A DNA stretch of 64,000 nt from Actinomycetota bacterium (GCA_051005875.1 JBPCIX010000013.1:7252-71251); one strand, 5' to 3'; counted from the first letter of the stretch, positions 36,158-44,165 are shown. The notes: generated by a model from the letters alone, not told the origin. A program made the numbers and translations.

Positions 36158-36451
36158 CTACTTTTTGGAGGCGACTACCGCCAGAATGTCTCGCTCATTC
36201 AGAATCAGCAGTTCTTCGCCCTTTACTTTCACTTCCGTGCCGCCATACTTCGAGTAGAGGACGCGGTCGCCGTTCTTAACATCCATGGGCACGCGCTTGC
36301 CTTCGATGTACGCGCCGGGGCCAACTGCAAGAACGGTGCCTTCTTGAGGCTTTTCTTTGGCTGTGTCGGGAATTACCAGGCCTGACGGAAGGGCCTCTTC
36401 TCCATCTTCGGGCTTAACGAGTACCCGGTCTGCTAGTGGCTTAAGATCCAT
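36158..36451 (-). CDS. groES: Co-chaperonin GroES
   Basis: [31 protein letters not shown]. Confidence 0.99.
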   Translation of the reverse strand: MDLKPLADRVLVKPEDGEEALPSGLVIPDTAKEKPQEGTVLAVGPGAYIEGKRVPMDVKNGDRVLYSKYGGTEVKVKGEELLILNERDILAVVASKK

Positions 36452-36540
36452 TAAATTACCTCCATGTTTGTGAGCGAACCTCAGAGTCCAGAGATCCTCA
36501 GAAATTTCATCGGGCGGGTTGCCCGCCTTACCCTAAGAGA

Positions 36541-36567
36541 TTAGCACTCTCGGCTATTGAGTGCTAA
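36541..36567. promoter_or_regulatory. CIRCE element (HrcA operator) upstream of groES
   Basis: Exact TTAGCACTC-N9-GAGTGCTAA. Confidence 0.97.
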
Positions 36568-36582
36568 CGAGGGGGGCTATGA

Positions 36583-36628
36583 AAGGAGGGGGGAGCTAGG
36601 GAAGGAAGGAGGGGGGAGCTAGGGAAGG
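36583..36628. repeat. 23-bp tandem duplication spanning the M23 peptidase stop
   Basis: AAGGAGGGGGGAGCTAGGGAAGG twice. Confidence 0.85.
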
Positions 36629-37755
36629 AAGGAACGGGGGTTTCGGGGGGCGCCGTTAACCCGTATTTCGAAATGCAGATGTGAGCCTGTGCAGCTACCC
36701 GAGCAGCCCACGTAGCCAATCACCTGACCCGCCGAGACGCTTCCCCCACTTATTGCGCGGCGGCTTTGATGCGCATATAACGACGACACGCCTTGTCCAT
36801 GGTCAACGATGGTGCAGTTTCCGTAGCCGCCGCCACACCCGACCGATGCAATCTGCCCCGCCTTGGTCGCCCTGATCGGATCCCCCGTGCTGCCATCGAT
36901 ATCCAAGCCAAGGTGGGCCCGGCCACGGCGGGGACCGAAGGGAGATGTGACTGCCCCTCTGACGGGCCACACGAATCCAGATTTCGAAGCGCCGCCAACG
37001 TCGCCGCCGTCTTTCGTGCGCGACAACGTCTTACCCAAGACGCCGGTCAGCCGGCGGCTATCCTCCTCGAGTTGCTTCAAGTCCTCTTCCTCGACAAGTA
37101 TCTCTTTGGATACGGATCGAAGAGCAAGGTCACGATCGGCGCGAACGCCTTGGGCGAGCTCGCGCTGGTCCTCGACCCACGTTTTCTGCGCATTTACGTC
37201 GGCCTTAATCTTGTTCAAATCGTCACGGCGCTCAGCCAGTTCGCTCTTTAGCCTCGCTGTGTCGATCATGGTCTTGCCGTCCATTTCTGAAGCAACCTGA
37301 AACCAGAATTGAAGACGCACAAATTCAACAAGCGATTGAGCGGAAAAAATCCTGGAGATAGCCTGGGCCGGCCCCGCTTTATAAAGCCGTCGCGCACGTT
37401 CGTTCGAAGCCTGCGTGGCTCGCAGATATTGAGCCTCCAGGGTGGCAATCTGGATCGAGGCGGTGCGAGTACCCGATTCAAGTTTTGAAAGATCGTGCTG
37501 CCCGCTTTCGATCTGCTTGTTCAACGAAGCGACCTGCTTATCGAGAGCACCGACTTGGGATTTAATGACGGCCTGGCGCCCCTTAGCCTCGGCCAGCTTG
37601 CTACGAATCTGGTCGATCTTTTTCTTCGTCGTCTGAAGCCTTGCCGACTCCGGCTCGGTCGCAGCCTGGGTTATCCCAGGGATCTGCAATATAAGCAGCA
37701 GAGCCAAACCAGCCCCCACTAGGGACCTTTGTTGAATTGGGGGGCGAGGAAACAT
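36619..37755 (-). CDS. Coiled-coil plus M23 peptidase protein (EnvC/RipC-like murein hydrolase)
   Basis: Signal peptide, long coiled coil, HLGLD (HxxxD), YAH, TGSHLHFEIR. Confidence 0.9.
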   Translation of the reverse strand: MFPRPPIQQRSLVGAGLALLLILQIPGITQAATEPESARLQTTKKKIDQIRSKLAEAKGRQAVIKSQVGALDKQVASLNKQIESGQHDLSKLESGTRTASIQIATLEAQYLRATQASNERARRLYKAGPAQAISRIFSAQSLVEFVRLQFWFQVASEMDGKTMIDTARLKSELAERRDDLNKIKADVNAQKTWVEDQRELAQGVRADRDLALRSVSKEILVEEEDLKQLEEDSRRLTGVLGKTLSRTKDGGDVGGASKSGFVWPVRGAVTSPFGPRRGRAHLGLDIDGSTGDPIRATKAGQIASVGCGGGYGNCTIVDHGQGVSSLYAHQSRRAISGGSVSAGQVIGYVGCSGSCTGSHLHFEIRVNGAPRNPRSFLP

Positions 37756-37850
37756 CCAGGTTGAGGGTAAGGGCTTTAGCGGACGCAGTCAAGTTCGACT
37801 GGGGCGCCTGCCCGGCCCCCTCAGGCGTTTCATCGTTTAGGGTAAGCCGA

Positions 37851-38219
37851 ATGATTATCACAACCGCCCACCGCTTTATAGGACTCACTTTGGCCGGAAT
37901 TTTTCTGGTAATAGCCTTGTTCGGCTTGGTCTCCTGGATCAGCAACCGTGACCCGAATAAGTGGTTTTGGCGGTTGCTTGCAGCGGGGCAGGTTGGGCTT
38001 GTGGTCCAAATCCTTGCCGGCCTGCTGCTGTTGGTGACCAAAGGCAATCAACCCCCCTTGCATTATGTTTACGGCGCTTTTCCTGTGCTTGTACTCTTGT
38101 TCGCTCACCGGATATCGAAACGCCTCCAGGGGTTGGAATGGGCGGCTTTTGCAGTGGCCAGCTTCTTCATTTTTGGACTTCAGCTGCGCGGCATGATGAC
38201 GGGATCAGGCGCAGGATAA
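37851..38219 (+). CDS. Small four-TM membrane protein, function unknown
   Basis: Four hydrophobic segments and LHYVYG; ATG at 37851 preferred over the ORF-track start. Confidence 0.7.
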   Translation: MIITTAHRFIGLTLAGIFLVIALFGLVSWISNRDPNKWFWRLLAAGQVGLVVQILAGLLLLVTKGNQPPLHYVYGAFPVLVLLFAHRISKRLQGLEWAAFAVASFFIFGLQLRGMMTGSGAG

Positions 38220-38274
38220 GAAACGGCGCGGGTTCTGGCGGTAAAGTCGAATAGATCACCGGGAGGTTAAATAG

Positions 38275-39441
38275 TTGGAAGTCGGAATAGGGATTGGAAA
38301 GGCAGCCCGTAAGGCATACGGCTTTGACGACATCGCCATCGTGCCTTCCAGGCGAACGAGGGACCCCGACGACGTAGATATCTCTTGGGAAGTCGATGCC
38401 TACCGCTTCGACCTGCCGGTTCTTGCGGCCGCCATGGACGCGGTCGTATCGCCGGCAACAGCCGGTCAGATAGGCGGCCTGGGGGGCCTGGCGGTGTTGA
38501 ACCTTGAAGGCTTGCAAACACGCTATGCCGACCCAGATTCCGTTCTCGCAGAGATTGCAGAGTTGCCCGAGGACAAGGCCACGGCAAGGATGCAAGAGGT
38601 CTACAGCGAGCCCATTAAGCCAGAGCTGATCGGGCAGCGGATTCAGGAGATAAAGGCCTTCGGAGTCACTGCCGCGGCAAGTCTCACGCCGCAAAAGGTC
38701 GAGGAATATTCGAAGATCGTCCTGGAGGCCGAGCTGGACATTTTTGTCATCCAGGGCACCGTGGTCTCGGCGGAGCATGTATCCACCCAGCTGGAACCAC
38801 TCAACCTAAAACGCTTCATCGCCAATTTTGATCTCCCTGTAATCGTCGGCGGCTCGGCTTCTTACCAGCCTGTTCTGCACTTGATGCGAACCGGGGCAAT
38901 CGGAGTTCTCGTTGGAGTAGGCCCCGGCGCCGCTTGCACCTCGCGCCAGGTTCTCGGGATTGGAGTCCCACAGGCAACTGCTATTGCCGATGCTGCGGCG
39001 GCGCGGATGCGGCATCTCGATGAAACCGGCCGTTACGTTCACGTGATCGCCGACGGAGGAATGCGAACCGGCGGCGACATCGCCAAAGCAATCGTTTGCG
39101 GCGCCGACGCGGTGATGATCGGCTCTCCGTTGGCCCGCGCCCACGAAGCGCCGGGCCGCGGGTACCACTGGGGAATGGCGACCTTCCATGCGGCTTTACC
39201 TCGGGGCGTTAGGGTCGCTTCACAACCGCTGGGTACCTTGAAGGAGATCCTGCTTGGCCCGACCAGCGTCAACGATGGGACCGTGAATCTGTTTGGGGCC
39301 CTAAAGAATTCAATGGCAACCTGCGGCTATCAGTCGGTCAAGGACTTCCAAAAAGCCGAAGTCGTGATAGCCCCTTCGATCAAGACCGAAGGAAAGCACC
39401 TACAACAACAGCAAGGTCTCGGGCAAGGCAGCAGGGGTTAG
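38275..39441 (+). CDS. guaB3: GuaB3-family IMP dehydrogenase-related protein
   Basis: [35 protein letters not shown] (catalytic Cys), IADGG; no CBS pair. Confidence 0.92.
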   Translation: MEVGIGIGKAARKAYGFDDIAIVPSRRTRDPDDVDISWEVDAYRFDLPVLAAAMDAVVSPATAGQIGGLGGLAVLNLEGLQTRYADPDSVLAEIAELPEDKATARMQEVYSEPIKPELIGQRIQEIKAFGVTAAASLTPQKVEEYSKIVLEAELDIFVIQGTVVSAEHVSTQLEPLNLKRFIANFDLPVIVGGSASYQPVLHLMRTGAIGVLVGVGPGAACTSRQVLGIGVPQATAIADAAAARMRHLDETGRYVHVIADGGMRTGGDIAKAIVCGADAVMIGSPLARAHEAPGRGYHWGMATFHAALPRGVRVASQPLGTLKEILLGPTSVNDGTVNLFGALKNSMATCGYQSVKDFQKAEVVIAPSIKTEGKHLQQQQGLGQGSRG

Positions 39442-39448
39442 GGCACTT

Positions 39449-40216
39449 CTAACTTCCGACTGAAACCCTAAGGGCGCCCCATTCTGTGAGGCCCTCGAGA
39501 GTGTCGCGCAGCTCTGCTTCATCGAGACCCGAGGTCTCAACCATCTCGGGGAAACTCCTTTGACCGTCGGCTAGTTCAAGCAGAGCCTCCATCGCAGCCG
39601 TACTGTGGGCCACGATCACTCTTGCGTGAGGCGAGCGCGCAACGAGCAATCGAACGGGAGTCTGGGGCGCCATCGGGATTTGCGCCGGGGACTTCAAAAT
39701 CTCAGCCAGCACAACCGTTATGTCGTATTGCAAATCGAGCAGCCGAGTACCTTGCGCTAGCTCAAAAACCTCCCCCGCAGCGTTGGCCGCTTCGGCCGTG
39801 TCTCGCCAAACACGGGGGCCGGACTCAGCGATCATCATTGCCTGCTCGTAGTTGAGCAAATCATCGATGTAGGGGATTCGAGACTTCGCCTGGGTAGTCC
39901 CCACGTATTCCACGACCAACTCTGAAACCTGCTCCGCGCTATCCCGGCTGCCAAGAGTGAGCCTCGAGAGCAAATCGTGAAAGCCGGGACTGGCAAGGAT
40001 CGCCTCGGGGCGGCGGGCTGTTGCGGACGCTAACGCTAAAGAGTACTTAAAGAAGTGAACTATCCGCTCATAGTAGAAATGGCGAGCAAGGAAGCGAGCG
40101 AACTTTTCAACCCTTGCGGGTTCGGCTAAATTGCGGCTTAGCCACTCCGATGAGGTCCGGAATTTTGCGTCGGCAAGCGCTGTTATGACCAGATCTTGCA
40201 GATCACGATCGCTCAC
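39449..40216 (-). CDS. Putative MNIO partner protein with C-terminal winged-helix/RRE-like segment
   Basis: GTGA overlap with the DUF692 gene; DLLNYE motif; C-terminal LLELADGQRSFPEM...LEGLTEWGAL. Confidence 0.6.
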   Translation of the reverse strand: MSDRDLQDLVITALADAKFRTSSEWLSRNLAEPARVEKFARFLARHFYYERIVHFFKYSLALASATARRPEAILASPGFHDLLSRLTLGSRDSAEQVSELVVEYVGTTQAKSRIPYIDDLLNYEQAMMIAESGPRVWRDTAEAANAAGEVFELAQGTRLLDLQYDITVVLAEILKSPAQIPMAPQTPVRLLVARSPHARVIVAHSTAAMEALLELADGQRSFPEMVETSGLDEAELRDTLEGLTEWGALRVSVGS

Positions 40217-41025
40217 AGAGTGGCGCGGATGCGCTCCACCGTGTTGAAGATGGAGTCCGCCGTCAAAGCCGGCGAGAACGCATCAAACGTGACCGCTCTG
40301 GCCTTGGGGCAGCGGGCCAAAGCGTGCTTCATGAACTGAAGCATTTCGTCATCGGGCTCGGCCGGCGCGATCCACGGCCCTTCGAGATCTTCGTCTTCTT
40401 CCACGCCGGCGACATGAATTTCCCAAACGTGGTCGAGGGGAAACTGCTCCAGCCATTCCTCGGCGGGGATCTTTTTGTAGTGGGCCTGGAGCCAAAGGTG
40501 GGGCAAGTCCAGCAAGAACCCCACCCCGGTGGCCTGAAAAAAGCGCTTCAACCAAACGGGCTCGGGCATCTGGCTGGTTTTTACGTCGAAAAACCCGGGA
40601 ATGTTTTCCATCACCAAAGGCTGGTCTAGGCGCGATGCCAATTCTTTGGCATTAGCGACAAATCGACCCAGGAACTCCTCCGTATACAAAGGCGGGAACA
40701 CGTAGTTCAAGCTATGAACACCATCGGCCGTGTGCAGGCATTGAAAATGCTCCGCGACCCAGGGGCTGCGATACATCTCGGCCAAAGAACGCGATCTTTC
40801 AATTGATCGCTCATCAAAGGGCTCCGACAATTGTCCGAGGTAGTCATGCAATAGCAAGGTGAATTTGTCTCGGATTGGCTCGAAGTACGGGTCGTCGCCA
40901 CGGGGCGGGTCGGCCATAGCCAGGTGATCTATCTGAACCGGGGCGTTCAGAAGCTCCAACCCAAGGTGGGGGTTGTAGAACCCCCCAACCATGATCGAGC
41001 CGGGTTGTTGGGCGGCCTTGGTCAT
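40213..41025 (-). CDS. DUF692 family multinuclear non-heme iron oxidase (MNIO; MbnB/TglH/ChrH-like), divergent
   Basis: Ordered motifs LLH, PWVAEH, LVMENIP, FLLDLPH, EIHVAG; 270 aa from the ATG at 41025 (ATGA overlap with the AKR stop). Confidence 0.82.
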   Translation of the reverse strand: MTKAAQQPGSIMVGGFYNPHLGLELLNAPVQIDHLAMADPPRGDDPYFEPIRDKFTLLLHDYLGQLSEPFDERSIERSRSLAEMYRSPWVAEHFQCLHTADGVHSLNYVFPPLYTEEFLGRFVANAKELASRLDQPLVMENIPGFFDVKTSQMPEPVWLKRFFQATGVGFLLDLPHLWLQAHYKKIPAEEWLEQFPLDHVWEIHVAGVEEDEDLEGPWIAPAEPDDEMLQFMKHALARCPKARAVTFDAFSPALTADSIFNTVERIRATL

Positions 41026-42110
41026 GGTGTCACCATTCCTTCGGCGGCCAGTTGATCCACGAATTGTCTGACCTGCGCCCCCATCAGGTGCGTGTCCTCG
41101 GCCTCCGACCATTCGGCGGCTATCGAATCGTAGGAGGTGCGCCCGTCGAGGCGGTCGACGATGAACTGCTCGCGCCCACCCCATTCGGCGGCGGCCTCGC
41201 GAGCAGCTTGCGTAGCGGCGGCCGGTTTGAACACCTCGGCAACCGCCTCATTCACGGCTGCGATTTCTTCGCCCTCCAAGGGTTTGTTTTTGGCCTCCAG
41301 GTTTTCCTCCAGCTGTTTTGGGGTTCGCGCCCCTGCCAAAACCACGCTAACACCGGGCTGGTTTAAAGCCCAGCCAATTGCGAGTGCACTGACGGTGCGG
41401 CCCCCCTTCGCCGCGATTTGCCTCAGCCGATCGAGTACGGCTACCCGGCGGGCCAATTCGGGGCCCTTGAACCACCAGATCCCGTGGCGGTGGTCGTCGG
41501 GAGCAAGATCGGACACCGATTCCTGAGAGAAGGTGTCGGTCAACACACCGGATGCAAGGGACCGGTAGGCAAGGAACGAGAGCTTGTGCTTCCGGCAGAG
41601 GGGGGTCTCCTTTTGCTCCACCTCGCGGTCGAACAGGTTGTAAGCCGCCTGGTAGGTGCTTAGCGGCGCAAATTCGAGAGCCCTGGAAAGTTGCTTGCCG
41701 GTTGCGTTGCAAAGACCGATGGCGAGAGCCTTGCCTTCTTCTTTTAGCCTGGAGAGTTCCTGGAGTGAGCGCTCGAAATTATCCCCGACTTCGTGCAGCT
41801 GCAAAAGGTCCACATACTCGGTATCAAGCTTGCGAAGTGACACTTCGAGGCTTGCCCGCGGATCGTCTCGGGGACCGACCTTGGTTGCCAGAACAATCTT
41901 GGCCCGCTGCTGCTTGAGCACCCGGCCCAACAATTCCTCGGACTCGCCGTAGGTAGGAGCCGTATCGAAAACAACAACGCCGCGCTCAGCGGCGAGTTGG
42001 ACCGTCTTTTCGCGCGTCGTCCAATCTGCGCCCGGACCCCAGTCCTCGCCGCCAACTCCCCAAGCGCCGAACCCAATCTGGGCCGGACAGGACTCCCAAG
42101 TGAACGCCAT
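41022..42110 (-). CDS. Aldo/keto reductase with C-terminal PqqD/RRE-like extension
   Basis: GFGAW, FDTAPTYG, ATKVG, LLQLH (D/Y/K/H tetrad), GARTPKQLEEN; extra ~60-aa tail IVDRLDGRTSYDSIA...VRQFVDQLAAEGMV. Confidence 0.88.
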   Translation of the reverse strand: MAFTWESCPAQIGFGAWGVGGEDWGPGADWTTREKTVQLAAERGVVVFDTAPTYGESEELLGRVLKQQRAKIVLATKVGPRDDPRASLEVSLRKLDTEYVDLLQLHEVGDNFERSLQELSRLKEEGKALAIGLCNATGKQLSRALEFAPLSTYQAAYNLFDREVEQKETPLCRKHKLSFLAYRSLASGVLTDTFSQESVSDLAPDDHRHGIWWFKGPELARRVAVLDRLRQIAAKGGRTVSALAIGWALNQPGVSVVLAGARTPKQLEENLEAKNKPLEGEEIAAVNEAVAEVFKPAAATQAAREAAAEWGGREQFIVDRLDGRTSYDSIAAEWSEAEDTHLMGAQVRQFVDQLAAEGMVTP

Positions 42111-42150
42111 TTCTACCGACTCGGCGTTGGCATGAATTTGGTCATGTTTT

Positions 42151-42543
42151 CTAAACCTTAATCACCTGAACGAAGGACCCGTCCAGTCCGTCGTAATCGC
42201 CATCCTGAGCAACCACGGGAACTCCCAGCGCCATAGCCGTCGCAGCAATCCAGGAATCGTTTACAGGCATCCGTCGGTTGTTGTCTCGCAGCCAGAGCCG
42301 GAGTTTCGCCCACGACTCGGACACTGCTTCATCCACAGGCGTTGGATCCAATCTCAATGCCTCGATTAGAGTCGCCAACCGGCGCTCACGGAGCTCGACG
42401 GTTTCGGCGGCGAGAACACCTGCGCGCAATTCTCCGATCGTTATAGCCGACACCGCAATTTCGTCCGGAAGCGCGTCGGCGCGAAGGGGGCGTCCCGTTT
42501 CCCCAGCAATGAAGACCGATGTATCGGCCAGGCCGCGACTCAA
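42151..42543 (-). CDS. vapC: VapC-type PIN domain toxin
   Basis: LADTSVFIA, ITIGEL, NDSWIAATA, QDGDY. Confidence 0.92.
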   Translation of the reverse strand: MSRGLADTSVFIAGETGRPLRADALPDEIAVSAITIGELRAGVLAAETVELRERRLATLIEALRLDPTPVDEAVSESWAKLRLWLRDNNRRMPVNDSWIAATAMALGVPVVAQDGDYDGLDGSFVQVIKV

Positions 42544-42791
42544 AAGTCCAAATCGTCGGTCGTATCAGGGGCGAGTTTGCGGAGTTCGTTTCCAAGGGCC
42601 GTGTCGGCCTGTTTGGTTCCAATGCGGTGAACAAACTCGGCGCGGCTGATCCACCGAGGGCGGCGTCCAAGCGGACTCAGCAATGCCACAGGCCTGCCAT
42701 CGACCCTAATGGTGATATTTTCGCCGGCCTCTGCCCTGCTTAAAAGTGCGCGGGTGTTGTTGCGCAAATCTCGTGAAGCCGCCTCTCCCAT
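42540..42791 (-). CDS. Phd/YefM-family antitoxin
   Basis: SRDLRNNTRALLSRAEAGENITIRVDGRPVALL; TTGA overlap with vapC; ATG at 42791. Confidence 0.88.
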   Translation of the reverse strand: MGEAASRDLRNNTRALLSRAEAGENITIRVDGRPVALLSPLGRRPRWISRAEFVHRIGTKQADTALGNELRKLAPDTTDDLDF

Positions 42792-42792
42792 T

Positions 42793-42823
42793 ACACAACT
42801 GTAGCATGTCGCTACAGTTGTGT
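42793..42823. promoter_or_regulatory. Palindromic operator overlapping the extended -10 of the TA pair
   Basis: ACACAACTGTAGC-atgtc-GCTACAGTTGTGT, perfect 13-bp arms; the minus strand reads TGcTACAGT-N6-ATG. Confidence 0.75.
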
Positions 42824-42851
42824 GCAATTTCGTGAGTTCCCGGAAAGGGAA

Positions 42852-42877
42852 GAGCCCGAACCTAAAGGTTCGGGCTC
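42852..42877 (-). terminator. Stem-loop downstream of the repeat peptide gene
   Basis: GAGCCCGAACC-4 nt-GGTTCGGGCTC, followed on the minus strand by TTCCCTTT (weak U tract). Confidence 0.65.
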
Positions 42878-42895
42878 CTGCCCATCCTTACTTCT

Positions 42896-43078
42896 CTAGG
42901 CGTGACACGTGGGCTGCAATTCACTTGCCTCGACCACTGATGGCCTATGACATGTGGGCTGCAATTCATCGGCCTCAACAATCTGGGGCCGGTGACACGT
43001 GGGGTGCAGCTGGCTTGCCTCTACGAGACGGGGCCGGTGACACCCTGGTACGAGTTGCTCACTTTCGACGATCCTCAT
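42896..43078 (-). CDS. Putative RiPP precursor peptide: four ~15-aa repeats each containing Cys-His
   Basis: MRIVESEQLVPGCHRP/RLVEASQLHPTCHRP/QIVEADELQPTCHRP/SVVEASELQPTCHA; strong SD AAGGAGGTGA; repeats differ at synonymous positions (CAC/CAT, CGG/AGG, CCC/CCA, ACG/ACA). Confidence 0.85.
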   Translation of the reverse strand: MRIVESEQLVPGCHRPRLVEASQLHPTCHRPQIVEADELQPTCHRPSVVEASELQPTCHA

Positions 43079-43199
43079 CCAATCACCTCCTTTAAACTGA
43101 TGGAAGTTAAGCTGTAACCCTACAACAAACCCAAAACTACGTTGCCCGCGAATAGGCTCGGGCGGACGGTTCGTCGCATTCGCTTTCGAGGTCTATTCT

Positions 43200-44165
43200 T
43201 TGCCCATTCCAACCGTTCCAAACATTCAAACGACGACGCTGTTGACCGAGGAAACACTCGCGGAACAATTCCTTGCCGGTATCGCCCGGCGGAGCCTGGA
43301 CGAGAAGTTCTTCTATTGGTTCCCATTGTCGGTTCGCGCATGGCTGGAGCTTTGCAGCGATGGCGACTATCGAAACTTTGTGCGCTCTCGGTCGCTTATC
43401 GAAAGCTCCGCAAAGGAATTGGCTGCCAAAATCCCTCCCAACCAAATCGATGTCTTCAGCATAGGGTGCGGCCAAGGCGATAAGGACGGAATACTGCTAC
43501 AGGCGCTTCGCGAAAGTGTGCAGACGGTAAATTATCTTCCGACCGATGCAAGCCAGTCCCTTCTGGAAATCGCCTGCGCTGGAGCTCTTAAGGCAGGATT
43601 TGCGGTCCGCGGGTTCAAGGCCGATTTCACCGACCCGGCTCACTTGCAGGCCATCGCTCACGAGGGGGACTCGTCCGAACGCCTTTTCATGATGATCGGC
43701 AACACCATGGGAGCGGCGGATCCCTTGTCGACCGCAAAGGATCTGCGCCGGATGCTTCGGCCGGGAGACCTGCTGCTGGTTGACGGCGAGATCTATTCGC
43801 CGGGAACCATCGCCGGCTACGACAACCCAATTAACCGGCGCTTTGCCTGGGCACCCTTATATTCGGTCGGAATTCGGGACGATCAGGGCGAAGTCGCCTT
43901 CCGCGATGAGATCGACGACCGCCTGCCGGGACTTCATCTTGTATCCAAGCATTTCTCGGCTGCGCAGCCTGTGGTTGCCCTGACCGGTGGGAAATCCATG
44001 AAGATCGAAGCAGGGCAACGTTTGGAAATGAACCATTCCTACAAATATTCCCTCGAGGCCTTCGACGCAGTTCTGGATCAGGCCGGCCTTGAGCCTAAAT
44101 GGTCGGCCCAAAGCGAAGACGGCAAGTTCGTAATGACGTTGGCCGAGGCCCGTAACCCTAATTAG
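43200..44165 (+). CDS. EgtD-like (Methyltransf_33) SAM-dependent methyltransferase, atypical
   Basis: [43 protein letters not shown] match the EgtD-family layout. Confidence 0.8.
   Translation: MPIPTVPNIQTTTLLTEETLAEQFLAGIARRSLDEKFFYWFPLSVRAWLELCSDGDYRNFVRSRSLIESSAKELAAKIPPNQIDVFSIGCGQGDKDGILLQALRESVQTVNYLPTDASQSLLEIACAGALKAGFAVRGFKADFTDPAHLQAIAHEGDSSERLFMMIGNTMGAADPLSTAKDLRRMLRPGDLLLVDGEIYSPGTIAGYDNPINRRFAWAPLYSVGIRDDQGEVAFRDEIDDRLPGLHLVSKHFSAAQPVVALTGGKSMKIEAGQRLEMNHSYKYSLEAFDAVLDQAGLEPKWSAQSEDGKFVMTLAEARNPN

Noticed and set aside
41026-41184. ORF-track N-terminal extension of the DUF692 gene
   Set aside because: Overlaps the AKR tail; the ATGA overlap at 41022-41025 gives a better start
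42896-43078. 45-nt periodic repeats read as a mini CRISPR array
   Set aside because: No unique spacers or cas genes; the variation is codon-structured, and an ORF with a strong SD spans all units
42820-43095. Plus-strand 91-aa ORF with DTWAA repeats
   Set aside because: Antisense shadow of the peptide gene; no SD, and the synonymous pattern fits the minus frame
43200-44165. Calling the methyltransferase egtD of a standard ergothioneine pathway
   Set aside because: Substrate-binding motifs differ and no other egt genes are in the window, so the gene symbol is withheld
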